A stretch of DNA of 63,432 bases, the filler included, from a bacterium (GTDB lineage Bacteria > JAJRZV01): the NCBI GenBank assembly GCA_024275095.1. It is 9 parts of 9 records of this genome, joined end to end, with 100 filler letters (N's around TTAATTAATTAA, not from the genome) between each part and the next. Parts side by side here need not be neighbours in the genome. Positions count along the whole stretch, not along the records: positions 50,768 to 61,228 come from JAJRZV010000104.1; positions 61,329 to 63,432 come from JAJRZV010000127.1; 7 more parts are not named here. One strand, written 5' to 3'. Below, one piece after another: positions 57,039 through 63,432 of the stretch. Each line of letters starts with the position of its first letter. The first letter of the stretch is position 1. The notes beneath the pieces are model-generated. The model searched no databases. It saw only the letters and a program-made list of their open reading frames with translations, and was not told the origin of the DNA. A program made the translations under genes and the position numbers.

Positions 57039-59890
57039 TTCATTTGACGCCAGAGGAAGACGCACCTGAATGTTTAGCCCGTATCCTTGCTGCTGAGGGC
57101 AAGCGGGACCTGCGTCATACATGGGTAATATTCCCTGGCAGACGTCCCTTCTACTATCTCAACCGACATCTTGCACAACTGCTGAACGGAGCCTTCCTGC
57201 CACCAATGGAATTCACAGAAGACGAGTTCATTGAACATCTTGCACTATCCACCGGCGCAATAGAAGGCCAGCGCATAGAAACCCTGGATGCCCTCTCATT
57301 CCTTCATCAAAGCCTTAATGAGCTCTCTGGCAAGGGCCTTCTCAATCCGGGCGATTTTCAAACCTTCCTTAGATGGGGTTTTCGATTTATAAACTTTTTC
57401 GACGAACTGGAAGAACACCTCATCACCGTTAATGCTCACGCTCTCAAAAATCTGGAAGCTCAGGTTTTGTCCTTCGAAGACCGCATTCCGCGCTCCATTC
57501 AGAGTGTTCTTTCACAGATCTCTTTACTCATGCCACGGTTGCGCGATCGCCTTCTTCAAGCCCGGTACTATACACGCGGCATGGCATACCGGGCAGCAAC
57601 GGAAGGAATTAAGAGTGCCAGACCACCGGACGTAAAAAAAATTTTCTGGTACATACCTTATGCACTATCACCATCGGAAGAATATATATTGAAGCAGCTG
57701 TGGGAAGGTCCACCCGAAATCGTGGTTATATACCATGAGCCCGGCCACCTGGGAGTCGTAAAAGAACGCCCCAATGTGGTAAGTGTGCTGGAGAGATTAA
57801 AAGGAAAGTCACTCCCTGAAGCTCCTGTAAAAACCACCCCGCTACGCGTTTACCGGGCATTCAGCACTCACAGCGAAATCCTCACTCTGCGAGAGGTGTT
57901 GAGAGAAGAAATAGACAAAAATCCTGCACGCACAGCAATTGTAATGCTGCGTACCGACGTGCTCCCGGTACTCCTGTCCGAGGTTCTTGAAGGGGTCTCT
58001 GTTGAATACAACATCACCATGGGATATCCCATTGCCCACTTTCCACCTTATTCTCTTATAATGGCTTTTATTAAGGTTTTAGAAACACGCCAGGCCGGTC
58101 GCTTCTACATACCGGCACTGTTCAATTTCCTCAAACATCCTTACATTAAAAACTTGCCCCTCGAAAAAGGAGGCTCTTTCAGGGCATTCGTGCATGCTCT
58201 GGAAAACGTATTTATCAGAAAAAACCTGGCTTTTGCACGGCCCGAAACGTTAAAAGACGCAGGAGCAAAAGCAAGCAGTGAAATCAACGTGGAAGAGCAA
58301 GAAGCACTGGAAATTTACCAGTATCTGCTCGGGCTTCTTATGCACGAAAAGGAACAGGAGGACGCTCTTGCTCATACGGCGGAGACGTTGGAAAGGCTCT
58401 TTCAGTTTCTCCTGACAAAAGGTGAAGGCAAAACCCATCCCTTTGCCGAAGAGTTCATTGGACGGGTGCTTGACCTTTTCCAGCGCATACGCCTCAGTTT
58501 TATGGGCAACCTTCCCCTGCGTCAAGAAGACAGGTTTTTTCTGCTTGCACACCTGCTCCAGAGCGAAAGAGTGCCATTTTCCGGCATACCGCTGGCAGGT
58601 CTCCAGGTGCTGGGCCTTCTGGAGACACGGGGCATCGCTTTTAAAAATGTGTATATCACAGACGTTAATGAAGGGATACTTCCAACAGCAGGAGAAGGAG
58701 GCTGGCTGCCTCCGTCAATAAGGAAAGTTCTGAAGCTTCCTCTGCCAGAAGATACAGAAAAACTTCAGCGTTTCTACTTCGCACGTCTTGTCAATGGTGC
58801 AGACCAGGTAAATATCTTCTACGTAGATGCTCCAGATAAAATGCGCAGTCCCTTTGTTGAAGAAATGATTCTTACACGCAAACTCGCCGGAATAGAAGTG
58901 AAAGAAAAAGGTGTTCTGTTCTCCACGTCAACCACATCCTCTCCCAGAGAAAGTACCGCGTTCAAAAAGACATCCGCTGTTCTTACAGCGCTTAAAAACA
59001 TCCAGTTTCATCCCACAGCGCTGGATACCTACATGAAGTGTCCAGCGCGTTTCTACTTCCGATACCTGCTCAAGCTGGAAGAGGCCGACACCATTGAGGA
59101 AGATGTTGAGGCACGAGATGTGGGTAATATTGTACACGAAGCGCTTAGAACTGTATTCGAACCATTTGTGAATAAAGGATTCGTAACTCCCGAAGACATC
59201 GAAAAACGACGTTCCGTTTTACCGGTTATTGTGCGTGAGGCAATGAACCGCGAAGGTTTGGGCCCCACTGACGAGGACGCTTCCGCTGTACGCGAAATTA
59301 TCTATCACACACTACTGCAATACCTCAACAGGTATCTGGAGATAGAAAAGGAAAATGCTGAAAATAAAGGAATAAAAATTATAGCACTGGAGAAAAACAT
59401 AGAAGTGTCTTTTCCACTGGATGCGAACGGGAATGCAGTGCCAGTGGTAGGTCGGGTGGATAGGATTGACTTCTTTGATGGAAAGGTAAGAATCATTGAT
59501 TACAAGACCGGTGGCTCGGTGGACACACCAAAACGGAAGGGACTGAAAGCCCCCGCCAATCGGGAAGAAGCAAAACATATCATCAAATCCTTCCAACTGC
59601 CCCTTTACCTCTACTTGGGACGCTGCAAGGAATACTTTACCGACTACAACCAGGCCGATGCCGGTGTCATACTTATCAAGAATGTATTCAAAAAACCACG
59701 CGAGGTATTAAAAAATGTATTTTCTTCATCGTCAAAACCTTCAGAGATAATGGAGAATGTTTTTATACCTGCCATGCGGCTTCTCATAAAAGAAATAATT
59801 GATGAAAGCAATCCTTTTATTCCGGACTCCTCTGACTAGAGATACTGCGATCACTGTCCCTACCCCGCCCTGTGTCGCAGGCCCTATTGA
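57026..59890 (+). CDS. addB: AddB-like PD-(D/E)XK Fe-S nuclease subunit with an in-frame TAG at 59837-59839
   Basis: FPGRR, LQVLGLLETR, YMKCPARFYF, GNIVHEAL and GRVDRID...IIDYKTG. The Cys motif CDHCPYPALC follows the TAG, with TGA at 59888-59890. Confidence 0.85.
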
Positions 59891-59900
59891 AATCACTCCA

Positions 59901-59930
59901 TTGACATACATGGGTTAGGACTGCTAACTT
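59901..59930 (+). promoter_or_regulatory. Possible sigma70 promoter for the DUF302-TolC metal-efflux genes
   Basis: TTGACA (59901-59906), an 18-nt spacer ending TGC, then TAACTT (59925-59930). Confidence 0.35.
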
Positions 59931-59982
59931 TTATGCATAATAAGCACGAGCATCCGAGTCCAGTAACAAACAGGAGGAGAAC

Positions 59983-60369
59983 ATGAGTTATGCGATGACA
60001 CGAACAGTAAAAGGTTCGTTTGAAGACGTGATTCAACGAACCATACAGGCACTTCATTCTGAAGGCTTCGGCATCCTTTGTGATATAGACGTAAAAGCCA
60101 CGCTCAAAGCAAAACTCGGAGTGGATTTTCGCAACTACCGGATACTGGGAGCATGCAATCCCCCCTTTGCTTACAAGGTCTTGCAACAGGAGGATAAAAT
60201 CGGACTCCTCCTCCCGTGTAACGTGATTGTCCATGAAAAAGAAAATGAAACAATAGAGGTTGCCGCCATTGACCCAGTAGAAGCCATGAGCGTGGTGAAC
60301 AATCCCTCCCTCGAGAAGGTAGCGGAAGAAGTAAAAGAAAAGCTTCAGCACGTTCTGGAAAAGCTGTGA
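59983..60369 (+). CDS. DUF302 family protein
   Basis: EGFGIL..IDV, YRILGACNP, IGLLLPCNVIV and AIDP; AGGAGG SD. Confidence 0.92.
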   Translation: MSYAMTRTVKGSFEDVIQRTIQALHSEGFGILCDIDVKATLKAKLGVDFRNYRILGACNPPFAYKVLQQEDKIGLLLPCNVIVHEKENETIEVAAIDPVEAMSVVNNPSLEKVAEEVKEKLQHVLEKL

Positions 60370-60418
60370 TCGGCACTTCAACCCCATGGACTTTTGATCC
60401 ATGCAGAAGTTATGATTA

Positions 60419-60874
60419 ATGTTGATGTATAGATTTTTCCATCAGTGGCGTCCAGGTATTGCAAAAGTTTTTCCAGTAGTTCTGTTTTCATGCATGTTGC
60501 TGGGTACCATGGAAGCGTGGGGGGCACTGCTCTGTTTCGGGACAAACGATCATTTCGCCATTGAAATGCCTATGCAAACGGAGCTACCCTCTCAATTAAA
60601 CGCCTTTGTATTCCCCTCGGCAAGCGCACTATTTCACATAGAGCAAAGCTGTGGATACTGCACCGACGTGCCTCTCAGTATTTACACCCTCGTCCCCATT
60701 GCCCCCAATATTCCCGAACCCGGCAGTCGCGGGTCCGGGACCACAGCGCAAACGAATCCAGAAGGACTTAATCCTCAAACAAGAATTATAACGGGTAAAG
60801 GCACCTTAGCCTTTAGATGTTTGAAACCGTCTTTTGCACCTTTCATTATTTTGTCCACAGTTCTTCGTAATTGA
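60419..60874 (+). CDS. Hypothetical protein with CxxC, possible accessory to heavy-metal RND efflux
   Basis: LCFGTNDHFAIE and CGYCTDVP; directly upstream of a TolC/CzcC-like gene. Confidence 0.5.
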   Translation: MLMYRFFHQWRPGIAKVFPVVLFSCMLLGTMEAWGALLCFGTNDHFAIEMPMQTELPSQLNAFVFPSASALFHIEQSCGYCTDVPLSIYTLVPIAPNIPEPGSRGSGTTAQTNPEGLNPQTRIITGKGTLAFRCLKPSFAPFIILSTVLRN

Positions 60875-60945
60875 TTTCCCGCCTTAATTTTTTGTCGTAA
60901 GTCGCAGCCCAAACAACAGCAGACATGAAAATGCAGGAGGTCTGT

Positions 60946-61228
60946 ATGAAAGAGATGTTGAAAATCCTGTGTATGTGTGTGCTGGTAAACACATCAGCAC
61001 ACGGTGAACAATTAAAAATTCAAAAACAAATCGTTGAAACACTCACACTACAGGAAGCTGTAACACTCGCGCTTTCCAGACATCCCGAAATCCAGGCATT
61101 CCCGTGGGAAATCAGCGCCGCTGAGGTTGCTGCGTTTCAGGCGGGTCTCTTCCCCAATCCAGAGCTGGAGGTGGAAGTAGAAAACATCGCAGGGTCCGGC
61201 CCTTACCGGGGAATTTCAGGACTGGAGA
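60946..61228 (+). CDS. TolC/CzcC-family outer membrane efflux protein, 3' truncated
   Basis: LTLQEAVTLALSRHPEI and QAGLFPNPEL; ATG after AGGAGG. Confidence 0.85.
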
Positions 61229-61328
61229 NNNNNNNNNNNNNNNNNNNNNNNNNNNNNNNNNNNNNNNNNNNNTTAATTAATTAANNNNNNNNNNNNNNNN
61301 NNNNNNNNNNNNNNNNNNNNNNNNNNNN
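61229..61328. other. Artificial contig linker
   Basis: N/TTAATTAATTAA/N. Confidence 0.98.
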
Positions 61329-61408
61329 CATGCCTCACGGCAATGGAAGCTCCGTATACACCCGTGAATAACATCTCCACCCACACCTCCGTTATTGCGT
61401 CGTGAACA
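61329..61408. repeat. 80-bp exact direct repeat, copy 1 (start of the last contig)
   Basis: Identical to 63353-63432. Confidence 0.95.
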
Positions 61409-62738
61409 CCTGAAAACCGCTATACGCTTCCATTCCATGCTCGTCGATGTCGAGGCCGCGCAGTTCTTCATCGCGGCTCACGCGCAGGCCAAATGTACTG
61501 TGAATGAAATAAAACACCGCTGACATGCTCACAAACACGAACAGCGTACAGGCTGCAACACCCAGCGCCTGGATGCCCAGTTGGGTCAAACCTCCGCCAT
61601 GAAACAAACCCTCATGCGCGAGGCCGAGAGACCTGTGTCCGAAAAGCCCCACTGCAAGAGTGCCCCAGACGCCGTTAAAACCGTGAACAGGAATGGCTCC
61701 TACAGGATCGTCAATGCGGACGTAATCGAGAAAGAGCACTCCGTAAACCACGATAATGCCAGCAATAAGACCGATCACAATGGCTTCTCCCGGCATGACA
61801 AAAGCACACGGTGCAGTAATGGCGACAAGTCCGGCGAGAGCTCCGTTCATGGTCATTGAAAGGTCGGGCTTGCCATATTTGATCCACACTGTAATCATCG
61901 CCGAAATGGCACCTGCTGCTGCTGCAAGGTTGGTATTGGTGGCAATAAGAGCAATTTTTTCACCATTGCTCACAGCAAGAGCAGAACCCGGGTTAAAACC
62001 AAACCAGCCGAACCACAGGATAAACACGCCCAGAGCCGCAAGCGGCAGGGAGTGCCCCGGCACTGCACGGGGAGACCCATCAGGACCGAACTTTCCTATG
62101 CGCGGCCCTAAGAAGAGCACCCCTGCAAGGGCCGCGAATCCTCCTGTGGCATGAACAACCGTTGAACCGGCAAAATCCGCGAATCCCATGGATGAAAGCC
62201 AGCCGGCTCCACTCCATACCCAGTGACCAACGATGGGATAAACAACAGCACTGATGAATACCGTGTACATGAGATAAGAGCGAAACTTCATGCGCTCGGA
62301 CATGGCTCCTGCAACAATGGTGGCAGCAGCACCGCAAAAAGCCGCCTGGAAAAGAAAAAACGCATACAAAGACACCCCCGACGGATTGGGAGCGTTTGAA
62401 AGGCCGAATCCTTCTGTCCCTATAAAACCGCTTCCATTACCGAACATGAATGCATAACCCATGATGAAGAACATGATGCTGGCCACACCGTAATCGATAA
62501 AATTCTTCATGAGAATGTTGACCGTGTTCTTCGCCCGGATAAAACCCGCCTCCACCATACCGAAACCGGCTTGCATGAAAAACACGAGGAAGGCAGCTAT
62601 GAGCACCCAGAGGGTGTCAAGACCGCGGACAACCTCGTCCAGCGTGAGGTCTGCTGCCAGTGCGTGGCTCGATATTAAAAGTATTCCGGGCACAAAAAGT
62701 ACAGGTAACCACCGTAAACGTAAAAACCGCATAGACAT
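61392..62738 (-). CDS. amtB: Ammonium transporter
   Basis: FFMQAGF..VEAG, DFAGSTVVH, LWFGWFGFN, NGALAGLVAIT, DDPVGAIPVHG and GLD..EHG. Confidence 0.97.
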   Translation of the reverse strand: MSMRFLRLRWLPVLFVPGILLISSHALAADLTLDEVVRGLDTLWVLIAAFLVFFMQAGFGMVEAGFIRAKNTVNILMKNFIDYGVASIMFFIMGYAFMFGNGSGFIGTEGFGLSNAPNPSGVSLYAFFLFQAAFCGAAATIVAGAMSERMKFRSYLMYTVFISAVVYPIVGHWVWSGAGWLSSMGFADFAGSTVVHATGGFAALAGVLFLGPRIGKFGPDGSPRAVPGHSLPLAALGVFILWFGWFGFNPGSALAVSNGEKIALIATNTNLAAAAGAISAMITVWIKYGKPDLSMTMNGALAGLVAITAPCAFVMPGEAIVIGLIAGIIVVYGVLFLDYVRIDDPVGAIPVHGFNGVWGTLAVGLFGHRSLGLAHEGLFHGGGLTQLGIQALGVAACTLFVFVSMSAVFYFIHSTFGLRVSRDEELRGLDIDEHGMEAYSGFQVFTTQ

Positions 62739-62771
62739 CCTCCTTTCCCAAAGGGTTCAGTGCCGCTTAAA

Positions 62772-62909
62772 TCAAATGACGTGCCAGCACAGGTAGAAAT
62801 TTATAACTTACCGAAATACCGTTCCTTCCTGGACAAAGAGGCACAAACAGGGGCGAACAATCCTACCAAATTGTAGGAAAGTTCACCCCTGAATGACAAA
62901 ATTGTAGGA
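62772..62909 (-). promoter_or_regulatory. Putative sigma54 promoter of amtB with two upstream enhancer-protein sites
   Basis: Minus strand CTGGCAC-GTCAT-TTGA (62787-62772); palindrome TCCTAC-N6-GTAGGA at 62861-62878 and a partial copy at 62892-62909. Confidence 0.6.
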
Positions 62910-62920
62910 TTCGGCTCTTT

Positions 62921-63262
62921 TCAGCCGATGGCCACACTTCCTGTCTCGTCCGTCCGGATGCGTATGCATTCCTCGAGGTTCACGACAAAAATCACACCGT
63001 CTCCGATCTGGCCTGTTTTCGCGCCTGCCTTGATACCCTCGATCGTGGGAGCAAGGAACTCGTCATTCACTGCAATTTCCAATCTGACTTTTTTGAGAAG
63101 ATTCACCTCGATCTCCACTCCCCGGTAAGACTCCACAAAACCCCTTTGGCGCCCGCTACCCAGCGCATTCGTCACAGAAATATTGAAAATATGCCGTTTG
63201 TAAAGTTCCTGCTTGACAACGTTCAGCCTCTCAGGCCTGATATATGCAATAACCAGTTTCAT
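62921..63262 (-). CDS. glnK: P-II nitrogen regulatory protein
   Basis: AYIRP, GSGRQRG...YRG (Y51), LLKKVRLEI, TGQIGDG.IFV and RIRT.E.G; adjacent to amtB. Confidence 0.93.
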   Translation of the reverse strand: MKLVIAYIRPERLNVVKQELYKRHIFNISVTNALGSGRQRGFVESYRGVEIEVNLLKKVRLEIAVNDEFLAPTIEGIKAGAKTGQIGDGVIFVVNLEECIRIRTDETGSVAIG

Positions 63263-63352
63263 AATACACCCCCTGTGTATAAACCTTTCTCAACACCCCT
63301 GCCTCATCTCCTCCTGCCACGCGCGCTCCGTATATGCTCGCTCCGCTCACCA

Positions 63353-63432
63353 CATGCCTCACGGCAATGGAAGCTCCGTATACACCCGTGAATAACATCT
63401 CCACCCACACCTCCGTTATTGCGTCGTGAACA
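63353..63432. repeat. 80-bp exact direct repeat, copy 2, including the last codons (VFTTQ*) of an upstream amtB-like frame
   Basis: Identical to 61329-61408; minus-strand stop at 63416-63418. Confidence 0.93.

Noticed and set aside
53892-59890. Helicase-nuclease pair as a novel anti-phage or Cas4-like system
   Set aside because: Size, motifs and pairing match the housekeeping AddAB recombination complex.
59893-60402. 169-aa minus-strand ORF
   Set aside because: Antisense to the clear DUF302 gene.
13757-61328. Eight recurring TTAATTAATTAA motifs within N-runs
   Set aside because: Artificial 100-nt contig linkers. ORFs ending in X...LIN and gene adjacencies across them are not biological.
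1-63432. Genome-wide TAG reassignment
   Set aside because: About 60 long genes are intact under the standard code and only addB is interrupted. hflX, ihfB and nuoC2 end plausibly at TAG.
61329-63432. Small circular plasmid or mobile element
   Set aside because: It carries only amtB and glnK, with no rep, integrase or transposase. A tandem duplication or assembly overlap is more parsimonious.

Overview
This window is a concatenation of nine short contigs of a draft or metagenome-assembled genome, joined by 100-nt N/TTAATTAATTAA/N linkers, so adjacency across linkers is not biological. Gene content and order (lpoA-hisC-tyrA-aroA-cmk-ispH-rpsA-sppA-ihfB-HIT-lapA) suggest a diderm bacterium resembling Deltaproteobacteria; this is an inference. 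Contents: (1) a GH36-type lipoprotein and an 11-subunit complex I operon (nuoABCDHIJKLMN, no nuoEFG) translationally coupled to a second, divergent nuoABCD set cut by the contig end; (2) an Opp/Dpp ABC transporter; (3) acyl-CoA dehydrogenase, PmtA-like methyltransferase and GspG-like protein; (4) a barrel-like protein with two LytR_C domains and a GH31 lipoprotein; (5) kefC and a Tat nucleotide pyrophosphatase separated by an element with 27-bp terminal inverted repeats; (6) csp, DUF362, decayed CCG and HEPN-MNT loci, cbiQO, RcnA-like transporter, GH16, pheA, pgsA, hflX; (7) the housekeeping superoperon and a GAF/HD-GYP gene; (8) glpAB, GT4, addAB, DUF302, TolC; (9) glnK-amtB. The strongest leads are a 26-residue tandem duplication in the NuoL amphipathic helix (the signature reported for extra-pump '2M' complex I) in an operon with only one nuoM, and an in-frame TAG in addB that separates three Fe-S cysteines from the rest of the protein. 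Lesser leads are a probable AUU start for sppA, a REP/MITE-like repeat family, and a sigma54-type promoter with paired enhancer sites at amtB. No rRNA, tRNA or CRISPR array was recognised. All product calls come from motif recognition by eye, not database searches.
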